From: a virus | Lineage: Duplodnaviria; Caudoviricetes | DNA length: 57,007 nt | IMG/VR virus record: IMGVR_UViG_3300046780_000292 | Span: 1-57,007 of that record | Strand: one strand, 5' to 3' | Shown: positions 37,595 through 46,757 of the stretch, piece by piece | Position numbering within the stretch: the first letter of the stretch is position 1 | Layout: each line of letters begins with the position of its first letter | Program-made: the position numbers and the translations under genes | The notes under the pieces: generated by a model | Database searches by the model: none | Told to the model about the DNA's origin: nothing | Seen by the model: only the letters and a program-made list of their open reading frames with translations

Positions 37595-37939
37595 CTACAG
37601 CAGATCCTGGTGCGGTTCGGACAGGATCCGGTGCACCGGCTCACCCGGCACCCGGCCGCGCCGCACGATGGCGTCACGCTGCGCGGCCTGATATCCCTGC
37701 CGGTAGGCGACCTTGCGCAGGTGGTCGTGCCGCCAGAAGTGGAACGGCAGCCATACGGCCAGGGTCACGTAGGCGACCAGCTGCACCGGCCAGGGGACGT
37801 ACCGGGCGATGTACTCGGTCCACGGGATGGTGCCCGCCGGATGGAAAACCCCGGCAACGACCTCCATGACGATCGCGACCAGGGTGATACCCAGGAAGAT
37901 GATCGTCCAGACCAGTCGCTTGACGTTGAGGCCGCTCAC
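37595..37939 (-). CDS. Membrane protein
   Basis: Two TM helices, W...HF motif. Confidence 0.65.
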   Translation of the reverse strand: MSGLNVKRLVWTIIFLGITLVAIVMEVVAGVFHPAGTIPWTEYIARYVPWPVQLVAYVTLAVWLPFHFWRHDHLRKVAYRQGYQAAQRDAIVRRGRVPGEPVHRILSEPHQDLL

Positions 37940-38175
37940 GTGTCCCCCCGCTCCAGCTCATCCCGCTCGGCGATGGCCTGCCGCAAGTAGCAAGCCAGGT
38001 CCAGCGCCTCTTCATACGCATCGCGGAGCGCGTCGCGTCCGTTGAATGCCTGCAACGGGGTGCCGTACCGTTCGACGCCGACACGGAGCCGGGTTGACAG
38101 GTCATCGATGACCATGCCCTGGACGGATGGGCGCTCGCTGGGTGTCGGCATGGGCTGTTCGGTCGGGGCGGTCAC
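37936..38175 (-). CDS. Small helical protein, possibly MazG-like
   Basis: G..RYG..L...NGRD.L.DA.EE..D...YL. Confidence 0.55.
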   Translation of the reverse strand: MTAPTEQPMPTPSERPSVQGMVIDDLSTRLRVGVERYGTPLQAFNGRDALRDAYEEALDLACYLRQAIAERDELERGDT

Positions 38176-38528
38176 CGACGCCGCCGGACGGGGGCGGCCT
38201 TCTTGGCGGGGGCGGCGGAGCCGTTGAACTTCTCGCCTGCGACCTTGATGGAGCCGAAGACGTCCTCGGCGGTCACGTTGCCGTCGATCATGGCGTCGTC
38301 GAGCCAGCCCTTGTCGTCCTCCTTGACGATCATGGCTTCGACGATCTTGCCGAGGGTGCCGAGGTCCCGGACCAGGCGGTCGCGCATCTCGTCGGTTATC
38401 TCGCCAACGTTTTCGATCTTGGGAATGCCCCGGAACGCCCGCGACAACACCACCAGCGCACCATCGGTCGGCTTGCGCATCTCGATCTCACGGCCCCCCA
38501 ACGGGACCAGCACCGTCAACTCAGCCAT
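38172..38528 (-). CDS. Tail assembly chaperone-like protein
   Basis: 118 aa, strong SD, basic RRRR tail, position in the tail module. Confidence 0.6.
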   Translation of the reverse strand: MAELTVLVPLGGREIEMRKPTDGALVVLSRAFRGIPKIENVGEITDEMRDRLVRDLGTLGKIVEAMIVKEDDKGWLDDAMIDGNVTAEDVFGSIKVAGEKFNGSAAPAKKAAPVRRRR

Positions 38529-38539
38529 AACTCCTCCTC

Positions 38540-38983
38540 CTACAGGGTCCCGCCAGAATCCGTGGCGGCCGTGCTCTGCATCTTGTAGCCCTCTTGCGCA
38601 GCGACCTCACGCAGTGCGTCCCTCAGCCAAGGCTTACCTCGCCGGGCGGGCTGATTGACCCACTTACGCACCATCGGCTGACCGTGCCAGTGGAATGCGA
38701 GGGCCTGCTTCTTCTTCGGGTAGATGACCAGCTGCCGCCGCCCCTCGTGGACGGGCAGCGCGTACTTCACCTTGTTGTTGACCTCGCCGATCTGGCGGGT
38801 CTCCGTCGACTTGAACTTGATCCCATGGGCGGCCCGCAGGTTCCCCTGGTCCACCGGGCACAGGACCTGCGCCCGGCTGAGCACCCGCATCGTTACCCGG
38901 AAGGTCTCCTTGCCCGCCATCTCATGCAGGACGGACTTGATGACCGGCCGGTAAAGCTCAACCCTTACCTGTTTCACCGGCAT
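38540..38983 (-). CDS. HK97 gp10-like neck/tail completion protein
   Basis: PVD.G.LR, YA..VHEG, L.F.W.G, PWLRDAL motifs. Confidence 0.75.
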   Translation of the reverse strand: MPVKQVRVELYRPVIKSVLHEMAGKETFRVTMRVLSRAQVLCPVDQGNLRAAHGIKFKSTETRQIGEVNNKVKYALPVHEGRRQLVIYPKKKQALAFHWHGQPMVRKWVNQPARRGKPWLRDALREVAAQEGYKMQSTAATDSGGTL

Positions 38984-39203
38984 GCTTGGCCTCCTGAACC
39001 CGCTCCGGCGCTGCCTCCGGCGGAGCATCCCCCGACTCGGCGTGCGACGCGGGCGGCTCGTCCGTCACATCGCGAAGATAGCCGTGCTCGGTGTGCATGG
39101 TGGACCAGTTGTCAGCGGGCTGGCTGAACCGCTCCCCCCTGTTCAGGGCGTCGAAGGACACGACCACCTCGTACACCCGGTTCTTACGGCTCGTCCCCGC
39201 CAT
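38958..39203 (-). CDS. Hypothetical protein
   Basis: 81 aa in the tail operon. Confidence 0.55.
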   Translation of the reverse strand: MAGTSRKNRVYEVVVSFDALNRGERFSQPADNWSTMHTEHGYLRDVTDEPPASHAESGDAPPEAAPERVQEAKHAGETGKG

Positions 39204-39227
39204 CACTTGTCTCCCATGTCCGGCTCC

Positions 39228-41150
39228 TCAGCAGTCCCCGCACGGTGCCATCACCGACACGGTCACCCGGATCGTACCGCCGGTACAGCCACCCTCCACC
39301 GGCAGCGGATTCCACTCCCCGACGGCCCGCCGCTGTGTCGGGGCGAAGCAGCACGCCGCCGCCCGCCGCATCAGCGTCTGATGCTGCTGCTGCGTCGTGA
39401 AGGCGGTCTGCCAGTCGGCGGTGCTGGGCGGGTCGATGTTCTCGAAACTGTCGTCGGAATCCGACCAGGGCATGCAGTACGCGGAGCCCATCTCCAGCAC
39501 CACGGCGTAGGCGAGCGGCCCGCACGGCAGCCAGTCGTAATCCGGGCTCGGGAACGAATCCCACGACGGGTATACGTTCGCGACCCGCACCCAGGCCAGA
39601 CCGGCGCAGCACTCGTCCACGTTCGGCCCGATCAGGGGCCCCGTGTCCGTCCCGACCCGCAGCTGAACGTATTTGGGCGGGGAGGGCAGATTGTTCATCT
39701 GCTCGGTGAGGCAGGCCAGCAGCGCGTTGGCGACCGGCGTGGCGATCGGGTCGACGGGCCCGGACGGCGAGGAGAGCCGCGCGACCATGCTGGCGTTCGC
39801 CGACAGCGCGGCGGCCACCCGCGCCTCGGTCACAGGGGAGGCCGTCAGGCTGGCGTTGGCGACCAGGGCCGCCGCCGCTCGCGCTTCGGTGACCATCGTC
39901 GCGGCCAGGCTGGCGTTGGCCGACAGGTTCGCGGCGACGATCACGTCCCCGCCGCCGGAGGCGGTGAAGGCCGGGTCGACGAAGTACGCCCCGCCGCTGA
40001 ACGAGTCGTACGGATAGGTGTTGGGCGGCTGGCCGATCTTGAAGACGCCGTTGTAAAGGCCACCGAACGGCGCGGTGCGGGTCTGGAGGCCGGTGATGTG
40101 CCCGTTCACCAGCGACGACGACGCGAAGAAGTTGCTGGTCGCCACGTAGGAGACGCCGGTGGCGTTGTACGCGATCCGGTAGACGTGCGAGGTGTCCACG
40201 GACACCGGCGAAGGCAGGTAGACGGTGTTGTAGACGCTCGGCACGCATGCCGCCCCGTCGATGGCCTGACTGGACAGGCGGGTACCGGCTGGCGCGCCGT
40301 CGTCCAGGCCGTCCACCCGCCACACCTCAACGGTGATCGTCGGGTTGGTGGACTGAACGTTCGGGTGCGCGAAGAACCGGACGGCGTTGATCTGCCCGAC
40401 AGTGTCGAAGGTGACCGTCGTGGCGAAGGTGCTGCCCGGCAGGCTGCCGTCGGTGAAGTTCCCGGCAGGGTTGGTGGTGAACAGGGTCGCCCCGGCGCTG
40501 GAGGCCGCCTTGATCTCGACGCCGGAAATCACCCACGCGAGCGCGCCAGCAGGGACATGCTCGGAGAGGGTGTACGCGCCGATGCCCGTAACCGGGGTGT
40601 AGCCGAAGTACTGGACGCTGTTCGACCCGACGTGACCGTCGAACAGGCCGGTCTCGACGGTGGTCAGCGGCGAGTAGGCGCGGCCTGCCGGGTCGCGGCT
40701 GTTCAGGTCGACGGAGGCCCACGACATGACCGAGTTGTCGGCGGTCGTCGTGAACCCGGAGATCATGTCCCCGCCACTACCGGTGAATACGGTGAATACG
40801 GCAGGAGTGACAGCCAGGACGGCATTGCCCCACCGTTCGACGACCATCGAATGGCGGGTGGCGGTCGTCGGCATCGCCGCAGAGATCGAAAACGATCCGG
40901 GAGATCCCGACACGGTGCACGTATAGGTCGCCGACCAGCCCTTGAACCCGCCCGGGGCAGTGATCTGGTTGGCCGTGTACGTCTGGCCGCCGCCGGACGG
41001 GGCAGCCATCGGCGCGCCGGTGTCCCACGTGGTCAGCTTGACCACGATCACTTCCCCGTTGGCCGGGGTGAAGGCAGGCGTCGTCAGCGTCGAGGTGTCG
41101 GTACCCGGGGAGTAGACCGGATACGAGGCGATCAGGTTCGGCTTGGCCAT
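39228..41150 (-). CDS. Fusion protein: beta-rich domains (DUF4082-like) plus a Cys-rich tail-terminator-like domain
   Basis: G.I..VRF...YFVD (DUF4082-like); C-terminal LLACL, CC.G.AWVR, LE.G, GGC.GG. Confidence 0.65.
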   Translation of the reverse strand: MAKPNLIASYPVYSPGTDTSTLTTPAFTPANGEVIVVKLTTWDTGAPMAAPSGGGQTYTANQITAPGGFKGWSATYTCTVSGSPGSFSISAAMPTTATRHSMVVERWGNAVLAVTPAVFTVFTGSGGDMISGFTTTADNSVMSWASVDLNSRDPAGRAYSPLTTVETGLFDGHVGSNSVQYFGYTPVTGIGAYTLSEHVPAGALAWVISGVEIKAASSAGATLFTTNPAGNFTDGSLPGSTFATTVTFDTVGQINAVRFFAHPNVQSTNPTITVEVWRVDGLDDGAPAGTRLSSQAIDGAACVPSVYNTVYLPSPVSVDTSHVYRIAYNATGVSYVATSNFFASSSLVNGHITGLQTRTAPFGGLYNGVFKIGQPPNTYPYDSFSGGAYFVDPAFTASGGGDVIVAANLSANASLAATMVTEARAAAALVANASLTASPVTEARVAAALSANASMVARLSSPSGPVDPIATPVANALLACLTEQMNNLPSPPKYVQLRVGTDTGPLIGPNVDECCAGLAWVRVANVYPSWDSFPSPDYDWLPCGPLAYAVVLEMGSAYCMPWSDSDDSFENIDPPSTADWQTAFTTQQQHQTLMRRAAACCFAPTQRRAVGEWNPLPVEGGCTGGTIRVTVSVMAPCGDC

Positions 41151-41160
41151 GGCCGCCGCC

Positions 41161-41559
41161 CTACTGCTGCGAGACGGTCAGCGTCCCAGCGAGGATCCGG
41201 ACGACACCGCCAGCGTTGACGACCTGCGGCGCTACGGCAGCCCCCCACCACCAGCGGAACGGGGTTCCGTTGCTGTCCCACAGCTCCGCGCCGACGACCG
41301 TGCAGGCGGGCATGTTCGTGAACACCACGTCCGCCAAGTTGCCGACCGGCGCACCGTTCCCGACAGCCGCCGGGAACGCCACCGACTGCGGCGAGTACGT
41401 GGAGCCACCCGAGTTGGCCACCTCGGTACCGGCCGCCGAGTCGGAGCCGTTCGCCGTCATGAGCCGCGTCATGTACGGCATGGTCGGCGCGGTCGTCGAG
41501 TTGCCGGTCAGCCAGTTCAGGGCGCGGGCCTCGGCCAGGTCGGTCAGGTTGTCTGCCAT
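41161..41559 (-). CDS. Virion structural (fibre/collar-like) protein
   Basis: Y..Q...F, N...V.F..MPA, .WD..G motifs. Confidence 0.6.
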   Translation of the reverse strand: MADNLTDLAEARALNWLTGNSTTAPTMPYMTRLMTANGSDSAAGTEVANSGGSTYSPQSVAFPAAVGNGAPVGNLADVVFTNMPACTVVGAELWDSNGTPFRWWWGAAVAPQVVNAGGVVRILAGTLTVSQQ

Positions 41560-41567
41560 CTGCTACC

Positions 41568-42377
41568 TCACGGCCAGGTCGTCATGCGAATAGGGGACTG
41601 ATCCATCGAGAAGACCTGCGGTGACTGTGCGAGACGGCCAGGGTTGAACTGCACCACCAGCTGGTCGACCTCGTTGAGGCCGGTCAGCCCACGATCAAGA
41701 TACGTGTTCACGCCGGGGAACTGCACCGAGACGCCCTGGCGGGTCAGTGACTGCATGCGCTGCGGCAGGCGGCACGGCTGCCCGGCGATGGCCTTGCCGA
41801 TCTCGCAGGCCAGCAGACTCGCCGCGTCCAGCGCCTCAGCAGGCACCGGGCGGCCGAACACGCCGACGACGGACCAGGTGTTCGCCACGCCCAGGTTCTT
41901 GTCGAGGTCCTGGCACTGCGGCCAGCACGCGCCGTCGGTGCGCACCAGCCAGCGGCCGTTGTCGACCCGGTACGCCGACGGGTCCACGGTCGCGCCATCG
42001 ACGGTTACGGAGGTGACGGACACGGTTCGGGGAAGCTCCACCTCGCAGGTGGCCCCGCAGCAGTTGATGCCCCGGCAGCCCGCGTTGTGCCAGACGCCGT
42101 TGGAGATGTAGAGCGGGTAATAGCTGCTGCCCTCGTCGGTGCCCCACGGGTTGAGCAGGTTCACCGGGTACGTCTGGTACAGCGGCGGCAGGCCCGGCGC
42201 GTTGCAGGGCCTCAGCGTGGCCGTGACGGTCCCGAACTGGCGGCCCGTCAGCGAGTACAGGGTGAACGCGGCCAGGCGCAGAGCAAGGGCCTGCTGGTCC
42301 CCCGACAGGGCCGTCCAGGTCGTCGAGCAGCCCGCGAAGTTCGTGACGGTCCAGCCGTCCGGCACCGCGCTAACCAT
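41568..42377 (-). CDS. Head-to-tail adaptor
   Basis: LTGRQFG...RPC, WP.CQDL, LACE, CRLP, RQGVS, TG..EVD motifs. Confidence 0.8.
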   Translation of the reverse strand: MVSAVPDGWTVTNFAGCSTTWTALSGDQQALALRLAAFTLYSLTGRQFGTVTATLRPCNAPGLPPLYQTYPVNLLNPWGTDEGSSYYPLYISNGVWHNAGCRGINCCGATCEVELPRTVSVTSVTVDGATVDPSAYRVDNGRWLVRTDGACWPQCQDLDKNLGVANTWSVVGVFGRPVPAEALDAASLLACEIGKAIAGQPCRLPQRMQSLTRQGVSVQFPGVNTYLDRGLTGLNEVDQLVVQFNPGRLAQSPQVFSMDQSPIRMTTWP

Positions 42378-42391
42378 CACCCCTCCTTATG

Positions 42392-42432
42392 TGTGATGGG
42401 GGCCGCCTCGCTCCCGTGGCGGCCCCCATCAC
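42392..42432 (-). terminator. Hairpin after the major tail gene
   Basis: GTGATGGGGGCCGCC...GGCGGCCCCCATCAC inverted repeat. Confidence 0.55.
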
Positions 42433-42462
42433 GTCCCGGCCTAACCCCCCGACCGGAAAGGC

Positions 42463-43155
42463 TCAGCTCGCGCAACCGCACGAGGCGGCAGGCGGAGCCA
42501 GGTACGTCCACTGAAGGTGCCGGTGCGTGTCGCTCGGCAGAGCGATCAGCAGCTTCTCGGAGATCCCAGTGGTCATGTTGGCGAGCACGTTCTTGGGGCC
42601 GGTGCCCCAGTTGGTGCCCTGCTTGGTGCGGCCCTTCACCGAGAACGACACCGCGCCGTTTTCGATCTTCAGGTCGCCGACAGTGCCCTCGACCACGTTC
42701 GGCAGCAGGAAGTAGCCGTACGGCACCAGCGAGAACGTGCCGAGCGTGACGCACGTCGGCGCGGAAATGTTCGTCCACACCTCCAGCGCGAACTGCCCGG
42801 CCGCGTAGTTACTGGTGCGCGTCTGGAAGCCGACCGCCTTCGGCGACGCCGAGTCGTCCAGGACCAGCGTCGAGCCGGTCACCAAGTTGAACAACTCGGG
42901 GTCGACGTTGCAGAAGGTGATCGTCACATCGATCCACTTCAGCTGCTTCGGCGACTTCTCGTTGACGCACATCAGACCGGCCGCGTTCAGGACAACGATC
43001 TCCTGACCGGACTCGACCTGATCCTGCATCTCCACCGACACGAAGCCGGTCGAAACGGCCGACACGCAGGAACCCGTAGCCGGGGTACCACACGAGTTGA
43101 TCGTCTGGACCCGCATGGTGGTGCCCTGGATAGGGACCTGACATACGGCCGTCAT
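42463..43155 (-). CDS. Major tail protein
   Basis: R....CG.P, GFVSV, NA.G..C, FC.VDP, FALEVW, YGYFLLP motifs. Confidence 0.85.
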   Translation of the reverse strand: MTAVCQVPIQGTTMRVQTINSCGTPATGSCVSAVSTGFVSVEMQDQVESGQEIVVLNAAGLMCVNEKSPKQLKWIDVTITFCNVDPELFNLVTGSTLVLDDSASPKAVGFQTRTSNYAAGQFALEVWTNISAPTCVTLGTFSLVPYGYFLLPNVVEGTVGDLKIENGAVSFSVKGRTKQGTNWGTGPKNVLANMTTGISEKLLIALPSDTHRHLQWTYLAPPAASCGCAS

Positions 43156-43158
43156 CTG

Positions 43159-43470
43159 CTACTCCCTGGTGGCCTTGCCCGGCCGCGTCTTGCGGACCGG
43201 CGGGGTGTTCGGGTCGTTGTCGTTGTCGGCTTCCGCCGACTCGTCCTCGGCGGGCCAGCGGTCGGCGCGGTCGGCCTCGAAGGCGTCGGCGACGTCCTGC
43301 GGGACGCGGAAGGACAGACCGGCGTCGTGCTCGCCGCGCTGCGCCTCAACGGTCCGGGCGTCGTAGCCCTTCTCGTCGGCCAGCTCCAGCAGGCGGCCCG
43401 AGACTTCACCCTCAGGCTCGTTCTGGTTGACGATCACGATCGCGATCGGGTAGTCGGTTCCAGTAGGCAT
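43159..43470 (-). CDS. Hypothetical structural-region protein
   Basis: 103 aa, LL..A...F.VP motif. Confidence 0.65.
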   Translation of the reverse strand: MPTGTDYPIAIVIVNQNEPEGEVSGRLLELADEKGYDARTVEAQRGEHDAGLSFRVPQDVADAFEADRADRWPAEDESAEADNDNDPNTPPVRKTRPGKATRE

Positions 43471-43480
43471 GATCAGCTCC

Positions 43481-43750
43481 TTATTCCGTGGTGTAGGCGA
43501 GGACCGAGAGCGTCGTGGAAGCCGAGCCGACGTCAGGCCCGACCACCCACAGACTCTCTCCGCTTACCCGGAAGGGGCCGCTGAACAACAGCGCCGAGTC
43601 GGACGGGTTGACGTCCTCATCGCCGATGTACGCGGGGGCAGGGCCGGAGCCGGTGACGAACATTTCGTACGCCTGCGCAGTGTCTTCGCCCGCCAGTAGC
43701 TCCACTGCCGGATCCCCCGCGTGCAGGACGATCTTCTTGCTGACCAGCAT
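43481..43750 (-). CDS. Hypothetical protein
   Basis: 89 aa, GGAG SD. Confidence 0.65.
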   Translation of the reverse strand: MLVSKKIVLHAGDPAVELLAGEDTAQAYEMFVTGSGPAPAYIGDEDVNPSDSALLFSGPFRVSGESLWVVGPDVGSASTTLSVLAYTTE

Positions 43751-43759
43751 GCGTATCTC

Positions 43760-44713
43760 CTACCACTGCGCCGTGGAGGCTGCCGGGTTGGTGCCCCGCG
43801 TCATGCTGTCCAACTCGACCAGCACGAAGAAGGCCACACAATCCACGGTGATCGCCATCGCCTGCGAGGCGACGGTCTGCCACGCGTTACCGGACCTGTC
43901 GAACGTGCGCTCCGGCGGGCTGACGTACACCTTCGGGTCCCGCCACACCGTGGTCACGCCGGTGGCCACCAGGTAGGCGGTACCGGCCGCCGGTGGGACC
44001 GCGTCGTTGGTGGGCTTGTTGCCGGAGTAGCCGCGCCCGAACGACCACACGTTGCCCATCGGCGTCAGCTGCGGCAGCAGCGGTGACCCCTTGGTGGCGC
44101 GCACCGGGATCGGGGCGAGCGACCGCTCCACCACGTACGGAGCGACCAGCGGCCGGGCGTGCAGGATGCCCGGGTAGCTGTAGGCGGCCAGCGCGTCCTC
44201 CAGCAGGCCGACACCGTATTCGAGCGTGACGGCCGTGCCAGGCGTCGGGGTGACGTCCAGGATGCCGGGGTTCGAGGTGTTCGTGTTGCCGTTGAACTCC
44301 GTGCGCTGAAGCACCGACTGCACGTCGGCGGTACCGCCCCAGAACGCCTGTTCGGCGATGTACTGGGAGTTGTCGTTCAGCCGGATGCGGGCGCGCCGCT
44401 CAACCTCGGTCGCGTCGTACGGGACCGCGCCGATCTTGAGGGTGGCGATGTTCTGGAACGGCAGACCGACCGCTGTCGCGTCGCAGCCGTCGATCGGCAG
44501 CAGTCCGCCGTTGACGGTCGCACCGGAACAGGAGGCCGCCGCCCACAGGTGCGAGTTGCCGCAATGCTCCTGGACGTAGGTGACGCCGCCGATGTCGCCG
44601 TGGTCCGGCATGTCGAAGGGGCCGTTGGCCGCCGTGAACAGGCCGTAGCGGATGTTGCCGACCGCTGGCTGGTCGACGATGACCGGCCCGGCCATCGGGG
44701 TGAGAGCTGCCAC
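43760..44713 (-). CDS. Major capsid pentamer-like protein
   Basis: YGLF.A, E..FW, TP.GN.W.FG.GY, ATG motifs; follows the hexamer gene. Confidence 0.75.
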   Translation of the reverse strand: MAALTPMAGPVIVDQPAVGNIRYGLFTAANGPFDMPDHGDIGGVTYVQEHCGNSHLWAAASCSGATVNGGLLPIDGCDATAVGLPFQNIATLKIGAVPYDATEVERRARIRLNDNSQYIAEQAFWGGTADVQSVLQRTEFNGNTNTSNPGILDVTPTPGTAVTLEYGVGLLEDALAAYSYPGILHARPLVAPYVVERSLAPIPVRATKGSPLLPQLTPMGNVWSFGRGYSGNKPTNDAVPPAAGTAYLVATGVTTVWRDPKVYVSPPERTFDRSGNAWQTVASQAMAITVDCVAFFVLVELDSMTRGTNPAASTAQW

Positions 44714-44745
44714 CGGGGTTTTCCCTCCTTCCCGTGGTTGGGTTC

Positions 44746-44776
44746 CTGGGGGCCGCCCCAAGGTGACGGCCCCCAG
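44746..44776 (-). terminator. Hairpin between the two capsid genes
   Basis: CTGGGGGCCG...CGGCCCCCAG. Confidence 0.5.
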
Positions 44777-44785
44777 AAGTCTCGG

Positions 44786-46648
44786 TTACGGGTTGGTCGG
44801 GAACAGGCCCTGGGTGAGGACCGTCGACTGCGCGTTGAGCGCGTAGGCACCCGCGCCGTCCGGGATCAGGCCGCCACCGATGTTGCCGATGGTGTAGACG
44901 CGGCTGTCGAAGCAGGTCTTGGCCGCCAGGATGCCCTGCTCGGTGAACAGCTGGGTGGTCTTGTTCTGCGCCAGCAGGGTGCTGTCGTAGACGGTGTCGA
45001 GGGTGATGATGTCGGCGTTGCCACGCACCCAGGTACCGGCCGCGTACAGCAGGAACTGCATGGTGTGCGGGAAGTCCTGCACGAAGTCGGTGGACGTCGA
45101 GGACTGGCCGAACTGCTGCCAGGCCGACGGCGCGCCGGTCGGGTAGGCCGCCCAGTAGTAGGCGTCCTGCCAGTCGTAGATCCACTGGACGCGGGCACCG
45201 CGCACGGCGAGCCAGGAGTTGATGCGCTCCATGGTCAGGTTGAACTGGTCGGTGGTCGCGTCGCTGTCGTAGAAGTTCTTACGCGCGATGTCGGACCGGA
45301 TCCAGGCCAGCGCCCAGTATGGGAACACGACTTCCAGGGTGGCGTTGAGCGACATCCGCTGGCGGTACTTGTAGTCCATGATCGCCATGTCCATGGCGGT
45401 CAGCAGGGTCGTGACCACGGAGTGGTCGGTGGCCCAGGTGGTGCCAGCGCCGGGGGTGTGGCTGGTGGTGCCGCTCGGCAGGGCGAGGGCGGTCGAGCCG
45501 GTCACCAGGGCGTTGATCATGAACTGGTTGATCTTGTGGGTGTGCGCGACCATCGCACCCCGCACGAACCGGGCGATCAGCTCCGGGTAACCCCGCAACT
45601 GAAGCAGGTCCGTCTGAATCGCCAGACCGTCCGCCTCCAGGCGGGTGTCCGTGAACGACGGGCACGGCACCGGCATCGTCGGCTTCGTGACACCCGAGAT
45701 GATCTGCGCCTCGGTGTAGTGGAAGTACCCCGAGCCGGTGTAGATCGAAGAGAAGTCCGGGCCGGTCGTGTACTTGATGCCACCCCGCGAAACGTTGATC
45801 TCCGGAATGTCCAGCAGGCCGTCCGACGACTCCAGCTCACACAGGTCATAGATGACCTCCGACGGGGCACACCAGCCCGTACCGGCCGCCGTCAGCGAGT
45901 TCGGCGCACCGGCCGCCTGAGCCTGCTTGCGCTTGATGTCCACCGACGCCAGCAGCGAGCCGCCCGGCAGGCGGGACTCCTTCGACGCGAACTCGATGAC
46001 CCGCGTCGCGTCCTCCTGGAGGCCACCCGACGCGGTCAGCTCCTTCGGGTACTCCAGCTTGAACTGCGCGATCGGGTCACGCCGCGAACCACCGGCACCA
46101 CCGAACGCCGAGTACTGGAGGAACCGCTTCTCGACCGCCGCGCCGACCTTGTCCCAGTTCAGCTCCTCGCCGACCTGGAAGTCGGAGTTGTTGGCCCCGG
46201 CGAGGATGACGGCGGGTGCCTGACGCGGCACAGCGTCGGTCGGAACGGCGGCAGGGGCAGTCTGGGAGGCCACCTCGGCGACACCCGGCGTCGCAGGCTT
46301 GGCAGCTGCGGCAGTGGTGGTCGCGGGGGCAGGCGTCTCCACGGTGCCCTCGGGGGCGTCCGGCTCGTCGGTGTCGTCATCGTCGCCGAGGCTGTCGGAG
46401 AGGGCGGCGAAGGCACCAGCCGCGCCACTGCGGCGGCTGCGCTCCTCGTCGACACCCTTGGTGATGGTGGTCAGCTCGCGCATCGTCGCGATGTCGTCGG
46501 CGGTGACGTCGGAGACGTCCATGTCCGCGTATCCGGCGGCTGCGTCGCGGACCTGCGAGCGGATCGAAGTCAGGTCTTCCGTGGAGAGCGTGGAGAAGGC
46601 GTAGGAGCCGTCCTCGTTCTTCGGAACCTGGAAGGGCAGGTTAGGCAC
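44786..46648 (-). CDS. Major capsid (hexamer) protein with a scaffold-like N-terminus
   Basis: SLTAAG.GWCAPSE..YDLC, DG..D.PE...RGG, YDS..L..N....LFTE motifs. Confidence 0.9.
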   Translation of the reverse strand: MPNLPFQVPKNEDGSYAFSTLSTEDLTSIRSQVRDAAAGYADMDVSDVTADDIATMRELTTITKGVDEERSRRSGAAGAFAALSDSLGDDDDTDEPDAPEGTVETPAPATTTAAAAKPATPGVAEVASQTAPAAVPTDAVPRQAPAVILAGANNSDFQVGEELNWDKVGAAVEKRFLQYSAFGGAGGSRRDPIAQFKLEYPKELTASGGLQEDATRVIEFASKESRLPGGSLLASVDIKRKQAQAAGAPNSLTAAGTGWCAPSEVIYDLCELESSDGLLDIPEINVSRGGIKYTTGPDFSSIYTGSGYFHYTEAQIISGVTKPTMPVPCPSFTDTRLEADGLAIQTDLLQLRGYPELIARFVRGAMVAHTHKINQFMINALVTGSTALALPSGTTSHTPGAGTTWATDHSVVTTLLTAMDMAIMDYKYRQRMSLNATLEVVFPYWALAWIRSDIARKNFYDSDATTDQFNLTMERINSWLAVRGARVQWIYDWQDAYYWAAYPTGAPSAWQQFGQSSTSTDFVQDFPHTMQFLLYAAGTWVRGNADIITLDTVYDSTLLAQNKTTQLFTEQGILAAKTCFDSRVYTIGNIGGGLIPDGAGAYALNAQSTVLTQGLFPTNP

Positions 46649-46757
46649 TGCGGTCTCTCTTCAACTTCGAGCGCTCGGCCGGACCGTGGCAGCACCGATA
46701 CACCTGGCCGCGATCATAGCGGGTACCCTGCGCTTTACGGAGGAGGAGGCCGTAAAC

